A stretch of DNA of 64,000 nt, from contig JAIRQA010000012.1 of assembly GCA_031256715.1 (NCBI GenBank), forward strand, positions 525-64,524, read 5' to 3'. The DNA comes from Coriobacteriales bacterium (GTDB lineage Bacteria; Actinomycetota; Coriobacteriia; Coriobacteriales; UBA8131). The notes under the pieces were generated by a model. The model was not told the origin of the DNA, ran no database searches, and worked only from the letters and a program-made list of their open reading frames with translations. Both the position numbers and the translations under genes were made by a program. This document shows, one piece after another, positions 17,930-27,110 of the stretch. Each line of letters starts with the position of its first letter. Positions within the stretch are counted from its first letter, which is position 1.

Positions 17930-20900
17930 ATGACCTACCAAGAGATTATTCTTAGACTGCAAGCATTTTGGGCAGAGCGGGGTTGTGTTGTTTTGCAGCC
18001 CTATGATAACGAAGTTGGCGCTGGTACCTTTCACCCGGCTACGACATTGCGCTCGTTAGGTCCTGGTGTTTGGAATACAGCTTATGTGCAGCCCTCGCGC
18101 CGGCCAACAGATGGTCGTTATGGCGAGAATCCCAACCGCTTGCAGCACTACTATCAATTTCAGGTGTTATTAAAGCCATCGCCTGACAACATTCAGGAGT
18201 TGTATCTAGATTCTTTGCGCGAGATTGGCATCGAACCGCACGAGCATGACATACGTTTTGTAGAAGACGATTGGGAATCACCCACCTTAGGCGCTTGGGG
18301 GTTGGGCTGGGAAGTTTGGCTTAATGGCATGGAGGTCACTCAATTTACTTACTTTCAGCAGGTAGGAGGCTTAGAATGCCGTCCGGTTCCAGGCGAAATT
18401 ACCTATGGCTTAGAGCGCTTGGCAATGTATATACAAGGTGTGAATAGCGTTTTTGATATCGTTTGGAGCGAAGATGCGGCGGGCAACAAGTTTACCTATG
18501 GCGATGTCTACCTAAATAACGAGCGCGAATTCTCGGAGTATAACTTCGAGATTGCCAATACCGAAATGCTTTTTAATAATTTTGAGAATTACGAACGCGA
18601 GTGCAACCGTATCCTTGAAAAAGGTCTGCCCCTACCTGCCTATGATTGTGTGCTTAAATGCTCGCATGCCTTTAATCTTTTGGATGCTCGAGGAGCCATT
18701 AGCGCCACCGAACGCATGGGCTATATATTGCGAGTGCGAGCTATAGCCAAGGCTTGTTGCGTGGCTTACAGCGAGAAACTGCAAGCAACTAGCGAAAACA
18801 ATGCCGTTGATTCCTTAAGTGCAACTGATGCCTTAAGTGCAACTGATTCCTTAGGTGTAGCAGATGACCTAAGTGCAACTGATTCCTTAGGTGTAGCAGA
18901 TGACCTAAACACTGCAGGTACCTTAGGTGTTGTTAAGGCTGCAGATACCGCAGATGCCTCAGATGTATCCCGTGAAGCTAACGCGGCAAATGCGGCTTTC
19001 GTCAAAGATGCTGGCGAAAGCAACGGGGTACTTCTCGACATAAATAAATTGCCAAAAGAACCAACCACTTTTGTTTTAGAGATTGGTACCGAAGAGATTC
19101 CCTCTGCGCCTTTGTATAAGGCGACCGAACAGCTTGCCGCACTTGCTAAGGAAGCTTTAACCGAAGCACGTATCGAGCATGGTGAGATAAGCACGTGGTC
19201 TACGCCGCGTCGCCTGATTTTAGAGGTTAAGCGGCTGGCGCTGCAAAGCACGCCTTTGGTGCAAAAATCTAAAGGCCCAACCGTTGCCATTGCTTTTGAT
19301 GCTAATGGTGAACCTACAAAGGCAGCTATTGGTTTTGCTCGTGGCAAGGGTTTAGATGTTCGCGACCTTATTCGCGACAAGGAGGGCGACATAGAGTATG
19401 TTTATGCGCTTGTAGAGCAGCACTCTAAGCGAACCGAAAACATTTTGCCTGAGCTATTAAGCTCGCTTATAACTAAGATAGCATGGCATAAGTCTCAGCG
19501 TTGGGGCATAGGCGAAGCGACGTTTTCTAGACCTGTTAGATGGTTACTTGCCTTATGGGGAGAAGCGATCATTCCCGTGCAATTCGCGGGTCTTGTTGCC
19601 GGTCGCACGACATGGGGACACCGCTTGATGGCTAATCAGCCGTTGGATGTGCAAAATGCTAGTGAGCTAGCAAGCGCGCATACTAGGGCGTGGGTAATAG
19701 AGTCTGCAGAGATGCGCGCGGCACATATTAAGATGCAAATTAAGGCCTTAGAAGAAAAGCACGATCTAAAGGCATATGTTCCCATAGATATTCTTGCAGA
19801 GGTTATAAATCTGGTGGAGTTTCCCACCACGCTTATGGGCAGTTTTGATGCTGAGTTTCTTGCTGTTCCCAAAGAGATTATTATTGACGCAATGCTTAAG
19901 CACCAGCGCTATTTTCCGCTTTATAATGCCGATGGCTCCTTAAGCAATCATTTTTTGGTAGTCTCTAATGGCTCGCCTGCCTACAACACGCAAATCATTG
20001 CCGGTCATGAGCGTGTTGTGCGCCCGCGCTTGTCTGATGCCGCATTCTTTTACCACGAAGATCTTAAACGTCCATTAGAAGATTATGTTCAGGATTTACA
20101 AAAAGTAGTCTTTCACGAGAAGCTGGGAAGTCTTTACAAGAAGGTTCAGCGCATCACTTTTCTTAGCGAACAAGCTTGCGAACTTGCTGGTGTTACAGAA
20201 AGTCAGGCCAAAAACGCTCGTCGTGCGGCGTGGCTTTGTAAGGCAGACTTGCTAACGTCTGCCGTTGTCGAGTTCACTAAACTTCAAGGCGTCATGGGAA
20301 GCTATTATGCTAGCGCCGCAGGCGATGCTCCCGAGGTTGCTCAGGCAATTGCCGAACATTACCGTCCACGTTTTGCCGGAGACGAGCTACCGGCAACTGT
20401 AGAGGGACGCATTGTTGCACTTGCAGACAAGATTGATACTATCTGCGGCATTTTTGCTGCGGGTCAAGGCCCAACAGGGTCATCGGATCCATTTGCGCTC
20501 AGACGTGCGGCAATAGGTATTATAAATATATTGCTAGCAAACGATGATGCTAGCATAAATGTATCTTTAGATAAGTTAATCGCCATTGCAATTGACGCAT
20601 TAAAGGGCGTAGAGTTTAATTGCGATAAAGTTATCACGCAAGTGCGTGAATTTTTTGCCACTCGTTTAGAGGTTATTGCCAAAGACCAAGGCTTTGCGGC
20701 AGACGCTGTTCAGGCAGTTATGGCTACAGGTGTATTAGAGCCAACCGACGTTGTTGCTCGTTTGGCTGTGCTTAGCGAGGCGCGCCAGCGTCAACCAGAA
20801 CTTTTTGCTAATTTGGCTACTGCCTATGCTCGCGCCAATAACTTGCGCGATCCTGAACTTAAAGGTGAGCTTGATGAAAGCCTAATGGGCGCCCCCGAGC

Positions 20901-21139
20901 AGGCACTTTGGGCTGCAATTTGCAAGGTTTCTGAGGGAGTTGCAGCTGCCTTAGAAAAGGGGCAGTACAATCATGCCTTGGAGTATTTGGCATCGCTTAG
21001 AAACCCCATAGACACATTCTTTACTGAGGTCATGATTATGAGCGAGGATAATCGCTTGCGTACTAATAGGCTACTGCTGCTTAATAGATTTGTAAGTGTG
21101 TTTGCAAACGTAGCAGATTTTGCCAAGCTGGCAGGATAA
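17930..21139 (+). CDS. glyQS: glycine--tRNA ligase, fused alpha and beta subunits
   Basis: The N-terminal ~285 aa are GlyQ ([36 protein letters not shown]...). A ~90-aa repeat-containing linker (about 18775-19060) follows, then a GlyS-like beta chain ([12 protein letters not shown]...RRAA..). Confidence 0.93.
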   Translation: MTYQEIILRLQAFWAERGCVVLQPYDNEVGAGTFHPATTLRSLGPGVWNTAYVQPSRRPTDGRYGENPNRLQHYYQFQVLLKPSPDNIQELYLDSLREIGIEPHEHDIRFVEDDWESPTLGAWGLGWEVWLNGMEVTQFTYFQQVGGLECRPVPGEITYGLERLAMYIQGVNSVFDIVWSEDAAGNKFTYGDVYLNNEREFSEYNFEIANTEMLFNNFENYERECNRILEKGLPLPAYDCVLKCSHAFNLLDARGAISATERMGYILRVRAIAKACCVAYSEKLQATSENNAVDSLSATDALSATDSLGVADDLSATDSLGVADDLNTAGTLGVVKAADTADASDVSREANAANAAFVKDAGESNGVLLDINKLPKEPTTFVLEIGTEEIPSAPLYKATEQLAALAKEALTEARIEHGEISTWSTPRRLILEVKRLALQSTPLVQKSKGPTVAIAFDANGEPTKAAIGFARGKGLDVRDLIRDKEGDIEYVYALVEQHSKRTENILPELLSSLITKIAWHKSQRWGIGEATFSRPVRWLLALWGEAIIPVQFAGLVAGRTTWGHRLMANQPLDVQNASELASAHTRAWVIESAEMRAAHIKMQIKALEEKHDLKAYVPIDILAEVINLVEFPTTLMGSFDAEFLAVPKEIIIDAMLKHQRYFPLYNADGSLSNHFLVVSNGSPAYNTQIIAGHERVVRPRLSDAAFFYHEDLKRPLEDYVQDLQKVVFHEKLGSLYKKVQRITFLSEQACELAGVTESQAKNARRAAWLCKADLLTSAVVEFTKLQGVMGSYYASAAGDAPEVAQAIAEHYRPRFAGDELPATVEGRIVALADKIDTICGIFAAGQGPTGSSDPFALRRAAIGIINILLANDDASINVSLDKLIAIAIDALKGVEFNCDKVITQVREFFATRLEVIAKDQGFAADAVQAVMATGVLEPTDVVARLAVLSEARQRQPELFANLATAYARANNLRDPELKGELDESLMGAPEQALWAAICKVSEGVAAALEKGQYNHALEYLASLRNPIDTFFTEVMIMSEDNRLRTNRLLLLNRFVSVFANVADFAKLAG

Positions 21140-21174
21140 AGCTGGTTAGTAAAAATATTTATGTGCTGTTGCAT

Positions 21175-21284
21175 GGTGTTCTGTGAGCTGCCGCGAGGTG
21201 ATCTGTGAGCTGCCGCGAGGTGATCTGTGAATTGCCGCATGGTGATCTGTGAGCTGCCACGAGGTGATCTGTGAATTGCCGCAT
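21175..21284. repeat. 22-bp tandem repeat x5 ('ggtgatctgtgagctgccgcga')
   Basis: Units at 21175, 21197, 21219, 21241 and 21263 (exact 22-bp period), each containing TGA. Downstream of glyQS. Confidence 0.9.
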
Positions 21285-21314
21285 GACTTGTATTAACGGA
21301 ATGGAGCAAAAATT

Positions 21315-22145
21315 ATGAGTGAAGTCCCTACCATTAATATTGTTTCTGATTCGCTAGGAGATAGCGCGTCTACAATTGCTGTTGCGGCAGCCAGTCAGTT
21401 TACCGATGGCAATTGTATCATCGAGCGTTTGCCAAACGCCACTAGCTTCGAGCAGATAGAGACCTTTATTAATCACCTATTGCAGCAAAGTAAGGGCGAA
21501 GAAATTGTCCTTTTTTATACCATAGTTACTCCGGATTTACGCAATAAACTAAAGGATTTTGTTAAAGGAAAAAACATTGCGGCCGTGGACTTAATTGGTC
21601 CTGCTATAGAGGCAATTGCCGAGGCAACCGGTATGCGCCCGCGAGGCAAAGCCGGACTTATTCATAGAACAGACTCAGGCTATTACAATAGGGTAGAAGC
21701 CATGGAGTTTGCCGTTGATCACGATGATGGCCGAAACCCAGAGGAGTTAGACAAGGCTGATATTGTGCTTATTGGTGCTTCGCGAACATCGAAAACTCCG
21801 CTTTCGATTTTCCTTGCGACACAAGGTTATCGCGTGGCAAATGTTCCATTAGCTTTGGGAGTGCAACCACCAAGCCAGTTGTTTGAGCTTGCTCCATTTC
21901 GGATTTTTGGGCTAACATCTAAGCAAGATTTGCTTGCAGAAATACGTACAAGGAGGCTAGGTGATGCTATTGATGTAGCAGGCGAGTATGCTAGCCCAGA
22001 GTATGTGCAAAATGATTTAGATGAGGCGCGCGCGCTAATGCGCCGCCTTGGATGTATTGTTGTGCGCACTGACAACCGTGCCATTGAAGAGACAGCTTCC
22101 GAGATTTTACGCTACTATCACGCCGCAATTCCAAAACACGATTAG
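21315..22145 (+). CDS. pyruvate,phosphate dikinase / PEP synthase regulatory protein (DUF299 kinase-pyrophosphorylase)
   Basis: The family-typical P-loop VLIGASRTSKTPLS and overall length of 276 aa. Confidence 0.9.
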   Translation: MSEVPTINIVSDSLGDSASTIAVAAASQFTDGNCIIERLPNATSFEQIETFINHLLQQSKGEEIVLFYTIVTPDLRNKLKDFVKGKNIAAVDLIGPAIEAIAEATGMRPRGKAGLIHRTDSGYYNRVEAMEFAVDHDDGRNPEELDKADIVLIGASRTSKTPLSIFLATQGYRVANVPLALGVQPPSQLFELAPFRIFGLTSKQDLLAEIRTRRLGDAIDVAGEYASPEYVQNDLDEARALMRRLGCIVVRTDNRAIEETASEILRYYHAAIPKHD

Positions 22146-22147
22146 TG

Positions 22148-22428
22148 CGCTCGTAGGGGCGAACTGTGTTCGTCCGCCTGTGGGGAGGAATTGCTGTCGC
22201 CCGTGTGAAACGGAATGTGTCTTTGGAGCGCTCGTAGGGGCGAACTGTGTTCGCCCGTGTGAAACGGAATGTGTCTTTGAACACTCGTAGGGGCGAACTG
22301 TGTTCGCCCGTGTGAAACGGAATGCGTTTGTGGATATGTCGAGAAGAACTTCGCAACACTAAGACAAACAGATCAAGCATGGCAAAGTGTCCTTCTCAAC
22401 ATTGTAAAAAAATAACAACTCTAGAAAA
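22148..22428. repeat. REP-like array, family A (3 units) plus a 115-bp conserved tail (left copy of a long direct repeat)
   Basis: Units 'tcgtaggggcgaactgtgttcgcccgtgtgaaacggaatgtgtc' at about 22151, 22231 and 22284. The tail at 22314-22428 is about 97% identical to 25336-25451. Confidence 0.9.
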
Positions 22429-22444
22429 CTGAAGTTTTCCTATT

Positions 22445-22567
22445 CTGAACCCTAGAAAAAGTGGCAATTCGCATATCCTGAACCCTAGGAAAAGTGGCAA
22501 TCTTCATAGTTTGAACCCTAGAAAAAGTGGCAATTTCGCGTCTAGTTACCCTTAAAAAATTGGCAAT
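22445..22567 (+). promoter_or_regulatory. four 24-bp direct repeats with exact 33-bp period (iteron/operator-like)
   Basis: 'ctgaaccctagaaaaagtggcaat' at 22445, 22478 and 22511, and a degenerate copy 'agttacccttaaaaaattggcaat' at 22544 that overlaps the -35 of the downstream promoter. Confidence 0.7.
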
Positions 22568-22588
22568 CAGAAGATATTGCTGTATAAT
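22560..22588 (+). promoter_or_regulatory. sigma70-like promoter for a leaderless transcript of the AAA ATPase gene
   Basis: -35 TTGGCA (22560-22565), 17-nt spacer, TG + -10 TATAAT (22581-22588), then 6 nt to ATG 22595. There is no SD. Confidence 0.6.
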
Positions 22589-22594
22589 TGAGGC

Positions 22595-23911
22595 ATGAAA
22601 AGAAACTTTTATCAGAATTTATGCAAATGGAAAAACGCAAGCAATCGCAAGCCGTTAATGGTAATTGGTGCGCGCCAGGTAGGCAAGACGTTTACCTTGC
22701 AGGAGTTTTGCGCGAATGAATATGGCAGTCATACAATGGTTAATTTGTTTGAGCGCGGCGACATAGTTGAATTGTACGAGACAGAGAAGATGGCACAAGG
22801 GCGCTTTGAGCAATTGCTTTTGTTGTTAAACATTAACCCAAACAACACTGATCACATTCTTTTTGTTGACGAAGTACAGGAATCTGAGGTGTTTATTTCT
22901 GATCTTAAATACATCAATGAAAAACATCCAAACTTTAATATTGTTACTGCCGGTAGTTTGCTTGGGGTTAAATTAAAGCGTTTTAATAGACATTTTCCGG
23001 TTGGGCAAGTTTCATTTTTACGTGTGTATCCAATGACTTTTGACGAGTTTCTGATAGCTCTAGACGCTTCGCGCTATGTAGACTTGATTGTTGATAGTTT
23101 TGTAAACGATAAGCCAATTGCTGGGGTGATTCACGAGCAACTTATTCGCTATTATCGGGAATATCTTTGCGTGGGAGGAATGCCTGAATCTGTATTACGA
23201 TTTATAGAAAATGGCACGACTTTAGTTGGATTTGAACGCAATATTTTAGATGATATTGTGCTTGCCTATAAAAATGATATGAATAAATATGTTAGCACAG
23301 ATGCCGAAGCTCTAAAAATAGCTTCTACGTATGATAGTTTGCCTGGTCAGATGAGTAATGTGGCAAGAAAGTTTATGTATAACAAAATTCAGAAATCTGC
23401 TCGCAAACGAACCTACGAGATTGCTATAGACTGGTTGATTGCCGCGCAGATGGTGGCACCATGCTTTTTGGTCTCGAAGCCAGATTCGCCCCTAAATAGA
23501 TATCGCGATACTGACTCATTTAAGCTTTATATTAGCGACATTGGTCTGCTGGCAAACGCATCGCGCTATTCTCTAGCCAATATTGTTACCGGCAAACTTG
23601 GCGAAAAAGGAGGTATTCTTGCAGAAAGCTATGTTGCACAGGAGTTAGTGGCAGGGGGGATTCCTCTTTATTATTGGATGTCAAAAGGCACAGCCGAGAT
23701 TGACTTTTTGTTGGAAACTGATGACGGTGTCATTCCTGTAGAGGTTAAGGCTGGCGATAATGTGCGTTCAAAAAGCTTGGTGACTTATTGCAATAAATAT
23801 AATCCATGTTATGCAATTCGTGTGTCAAGTAAAAATTTTGGGTATCAGAACATGATTAAATCTGTTCCGCTATATGCCGCATTTTGTTTGCGTGATTATA
23901 AGGTTAAATAA
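22595..23911 (+). CDS. AAA-family ATPase with C-terminal DUF4143 / PD-(D/E)xK-like domain
   Basis: Walker A GARQVGKT, Walker B ILFVDEVQ, and a C-terminal nuclease-like AEIDFLLE...IPVEVKAG. Confidence 0.85.
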   Translation: MKRNFYQNLCKWKNASNRKPLMVIGARQVGKTFTLQEFCANEYGSHTMVNLFERGDIVELYETEKMAQGRFEQLLLLLNINPNNTDHILFVDEVQESEVFISDLKYINEKHPNFNIVTAGSLLGVKLKRFNRHFPVGQVSFLRVYPMTFDEFLIALDASRYVDLIVDSFVNDKPIAGVIHEQLIRYYREYLCVGGMPESVLRFIENGTTLVGFERNILDDIVLAYKNDMNKYVSTDAEALKIASTYDSLPGQMSNVARKFMYNKIQKSARKRTYEIAIDWLIAAQMVAPCFLVSKPDSPLNRYRDTDSFKLYISDIGLLANASRYSLANIVTGKLGEKGGILAESYVAQELVAGGIPLYYWMSKGTAEIDFLLETDDGVIPVEVKAGDNVRSKSLVTYCNKYNPCYAIRVSSKNFGYQNMIKSVPLYAAFCLRDYKVK

Positions 23912-23938
23912 AGATCATGTACGAGAGCCAACGATAAT

Positions 23939-24496
23939 CTATGATCTATTTTTTTTTGTGTGGGAGAAATTAAGGGCGTACTCCATTATTGCTCTAGCGG
24001 TATCGCGGCTAACCTTGGTGGCATCACCATATTTTAGAAAAGCATTTATGTTGCCAGGGTTAAGTTCTAGGTCTGTATAAATACGGTATTTGCTAAGTTT
24101 TTTTTCGCGCATTGCTGCAAGCGTCTTTTCGCGCATTAAAAGACTAACATCTCTGTCAGTCTTAATCCTATTGGCGCGCGAGAGATAGCTCCTGTAAACC
24201 TTGTGGTAGCGAACGGGCAACTGTTTGTCGTTTTCCTCAAGAGCGCGCAAGATGTGACTTGCAGTTGGGAAGGATATACTTATTTGTGTGTATTCCTTTT
24301 CTAGGCGGGTAGCTTTTGCAGCTGCCAGGAGATTCTTTACTTTGCCATTCATGGCAACAAGCAAAAACAGCGGCTCTGTAATTCGAGGGCTATTTGTTGC
24401 TGCCAGATTGCATAGCTTAAACATGCTTTGAGTATCATCTCCAGCAAGCTCGCAGCAGTAGCGCTTAAGATAACCAGTAAAAGTTAGTCTGCGCAT
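23939..24496 (-). CDS. hypothetical protein with a C-terminal HTH-like segment
   Basis: It overlaps the upstream gene by 13 nt, implying an operon. The C-terminal segment LSKYRIYTDLELNPGNINAFLKYGDATKVSRDTARAIMEY looks like an XRE-type HTH. No family was recognised. Confidence 0.5.
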   Translation of the reverse strand: MRRLTFTGYLKRYCCELAGDDTQSMFKLCNLAATNSPRITEPLFLLVAMNGKVKNLLAAAKATRLEKEYTQISISFPTASHILRALEENDKQLPVRYHKVYRSYLSRANRIKTDRDVSLLMREKTLAAMREKKLSKYRIYTDLELNPGNINAFLKYGDATKVSRDTARAIMEYALNFSHTKKNRS

Positions 24497-25017
24497 AAAG
24501 TGTGTCTTTCTTTGTACTGCTCGTAGGCGTAAACCATCTCGTCATAGCGTCGTCTGCTAAGTGCACTAGCTAGAGCCTCATCTGCATCGTACACCAATTT
24601 GTCTAATTTATCCCAGTCGATCGCATTAACCACTCCTTGGCTCTCTAGATCTTCAATGTCCGACTGGCGCATCGCATAGAGCTTCGATACCACCAGATCC
24701 TCTAACGATGGGGTAAAGAAGTCTACTATCTTTCCTGTTATAGGTAGCGAGATACACCTGTCTTTGTATCCGTAGGGAAAGGAGTCTATAAAGGCGGTTA
24801 CTCGTGTGTTTATGTCGTATTTCTTAAGAAGCGAAGCCAGATTTGCTGGTGCGCTTAGTACGTCAATGTCGTGAGTGGCACGATTTGTGTAGCCATGCAC
24901 AAGCAATGCGCTACCGCCAACGATAAGCACTGTGAAGCGAACATCGTGGTTACCAAAGAGAAGAAACGCTTCTTCGTCAAAGGCTAAAAGGTTTTTGTGT
25001 AACTCTGATGTATTCAT
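24484..25017 (-). CDS. nucleotidyltransferase-fold protein (DUF6036 / MNT-AbiEii-like minimal NTase)
   Basis: GGSALLVHGYTNRATHDIDV (the G-S...DxD NTase signature) and LEDLVVSKLYAMRQSDIEDL. 177 aa. Confidence 0.6.
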   Translation of the reverse strand: MNTSELHKNLLAFDEEAFLLFGNHDVRFTVLIVGGSALLVHGYTNRATHDIDVLSAPANLASLLKKYDINTRVTAFIDSFPYGYKDRCISLPITGKIVDFFTPSLEDLVVSKLYAMRQSDIEDLESQGVVNAIDWDKLDKLVYDADEALASALSRRRYDEMVYAYEQYKERHTLCAD

Positions 25018-25164
25018 AAGTAATCTTTCAATAATAGTATTATTAAAAATAGTATAACAGAATTTTTACTATCGTAGAGATGTAAAAATCTTTGCCTAGT
25101 AACTTCGCTAAGGTTTAGACCTGACATCGTTCATGACGAGGCATGCGTATCGAGAGCTCGGCAT

Positions 25165-25451
25165 CTTGTAGGGGCGACCTGTGGTCGCCCGCGTGAAACG
25201 GAATGTGTCTGTGGAACGCTCGTAGGGGCGACCTTTGGTCGCCCGCATCCGTGGGGAGGAATTGCGGTCGCCCGCGCCCGTAGGGGCGAACTGTGTTCGC
25301 CCGTGTCCGTAGGGGCGAACTGTGGTCGCCCGCTTGAAACGGAATGTGTTTGTGGATATGTCGAGAAGAACTTCGCAACACTAAGACAAACAGATCGAGC
25401 ATGGCAAAGTGTCCTTCTCAACATTGTAAAAAAATAACAACTCTAGGAAAA
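25165..25451. repeat. REP-like array, family A (4-5 units) plus a 115-bp conserved tail (right copy of the direct repeat)
   Basis: Hairpins include ggggcgacc-tgt-ggtcgccc, ggggcgacc-ttt-ggtcgccc and ggggcgaac-tgt-gttcgccc. The tail at 25336-25451 matches 22314-22428 with 3 differences. Confidence 0.9.
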
Positions 25452-25498
25452 TTTTTGTGTCGCAATGACGAGCTCGTATGTCATTTTAAGGCTCCGTT

Positions 25499-26953
25499 TT
25501 AAGGCTCCATTTTAAGGAGAGTCGCCTTGTGTTTTCGCCATTGACGGCGTTGGTTGGCATGCCAAAGCGTTTCGCCTATTGCCAGTGCTTTGTAAACTCC
25601 TTTGGCTTTAAAAAGCGCCAGTATCAACCTGCGAAACGAGTATACCTTGCGGCTGGCATTTATGATTTCTTGCTGAAGCTCGGCAGGCGACATGTTCTTT
25701 GGTTTGTGAACTACGCTGCCATTGTATAAATCCCAGTTTTGGTGCAACAGTCTGTCTTTATTTTGCTCATAGACAGGTGTACCAGGAACGAAAAACATCG
25801 ACTGCAACAGGCAACCTTCAATTTTATTGTTAATAATAAACTGAGCTAGTCGCTCGCCAGCTCCTGGGGTGTCTTCGTCTGTGCCAAGTATAAATAGACC
25901 GCGTACGCCAATGCCATGCGCATGAATATTGGCAATTGCCTGCTCGATGCGCTCGCGTGTGCAATTCTTTTTGTGCCGCACAAAAGAGGTATCATCTATG
26001 AACTCTATTCCTAAGCTAACCTCAAAGAAGTTTGCTTGTTTCATGAGGTCAAGCATTTCGTTATCAAAGCCCAGATCCCAACGCGCTTGCACGGTTATTG
26101 GCCAGCTGATGTCGCTTTTAATGATGGCATGCAAGACAGACATTGCCCATTTTCTGCAAAGCGCAAAATTGTCGTCGGTAAGCCAAACCGCTTTGGTAAG
26201 TCGTGGAGGGAAGCTACGGTTGTGAAACGCGATGCTTTGGCGGATGTCTTCGACAACAACCTCGGGTGAGCGTGTGCGCACATTGCGTCCAAAGTGGGCG
26301 ATGACGCAACAGTAGTCGCAGGTGCCCGTACAACCACGAGAGGCGTGAACTTGCGGCCAAAGTGTATCGTAGCTAGCAGCCATACGAGCATAATCGTATA
26401 CTAGCATACGATCTGGAATTGTATCTATATTTAAAGGCTGTTCGCGTTTTTCAGTTAGCACTAGCTTGCTCATGTTTTGCAAATAGGCAAGTCCGGCAAC
26501 ATTAAATACGCTGCCATCGCCAGCAGCAAGTGCATCTAGGAGCTCAACGATGGCATCGTCGCCGTCGCCTAACATCACGAAATCTGCGTGCTGTGTTGCC
26601 TCGGCAAAGTTTAAAGATGCGTGCATTCCGCCCATCACAACCAGCGGACGTAAAAGATTCGACGCCTCGGAAACGCCCCTTAAAGCATCGGCAATCGCAT
26701 AGCCGCGCATTGCATTAAAAGTGTTTATCGAAATAAAAACGACATCTGCATCTACAACATCTTCCCAAACAATCTCGCTAATGGCCTCGCTGTACATCAG
26801 CGTATCGTTTACATGTTTTTTGGCGATGGTCGCCAAAGTTATTAGCCCAGTAGAGGGGTTGCAAATGTTGCCATTGTAAATGATACGGTTCTTCCATGTT
26901 TTGCGGTAGCGATTGATGGCACCTGGCTCTATGAAACGCAGTTTCTTAAGCAT
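25499..26953 (-). CDS. B12-binding-domain radical SAM protein (class B)
   Basis: N-terminal cobalamin-binding-like Rossmann region (VVFISINTFNA...VVMGGMHAS) and the radical SAM motif ASRGCTGTCDYCCV (CxxxCxxC). SD AGGAAGGG. Confidence 0.9.
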   Translation of the reverse strand: MLKKLRFIEPGAINRYRKTWKNRIIYNGNICNPSTGLITLATIAKKHVNDTLMYSEAISEIVWEDVVDADVVFISINTFNAMRGYAIADALRGVSEASNLLRPLVVMGGMHASLNFAEATQHADFVMLGDGDDAIVELLDALAAGDGSVFNVAGLAYLQNMSKLVLTEKREQPLNIDTIPDRMLVYDYARMAASYDTLWPQVHASRGCTGTCDYCCVIAHFGRNVRTRSPEVVVEDIRQSIAFHNRSFPPRLTKAVWLTDDNFALCRKWAMSVLHAIIKSDISWPITVQARWDLGFDNEMLDLMKQANFFEVSLGIEFIDDTSFVRHKKNCTRERIEQAIANIHAHGIGVRGLFILGTDEDTPGAGERLAQFIINNKIEGCLLQSMFFVPGTPVYEQNKDRLLHQNWDLYNGSVVHKPKNMSPAELQQEIINASRKVYSFRRLILALFKAKGVYKALAIGETLWHANQRRQWRKHKATLLKMEP

Positions 26954-27110
26954 ACTGCCCTTCCTATCTTTTTTATGTCGAGAAACCCTTTGTGGCTTTA
27001 AACTGTTTCAACCTGCAATACAAATCCCGTATTTAGCTCCATCTCGCCGCGCTGCGGCGACACAAAACGTTATGTAAGATTGTCAGTCTTTCCCGTATTT
27101 TCGCTACTCC

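Noticed and set aside
22148-22312. Possible CRISPR array, given the regularly recurring ~45-bp palindromic units (also at 25165-25335, 14612-14786, 60706-60838).
   Set aside because: The units are contiguous or separated by conserved linkers rather than unique spacers. The period is irregular (about 53-80 bp) and copy number is 2-5. The same units are dispersed in both orientations, and no cas genes are present. This is REP/BIME-like behaviour.
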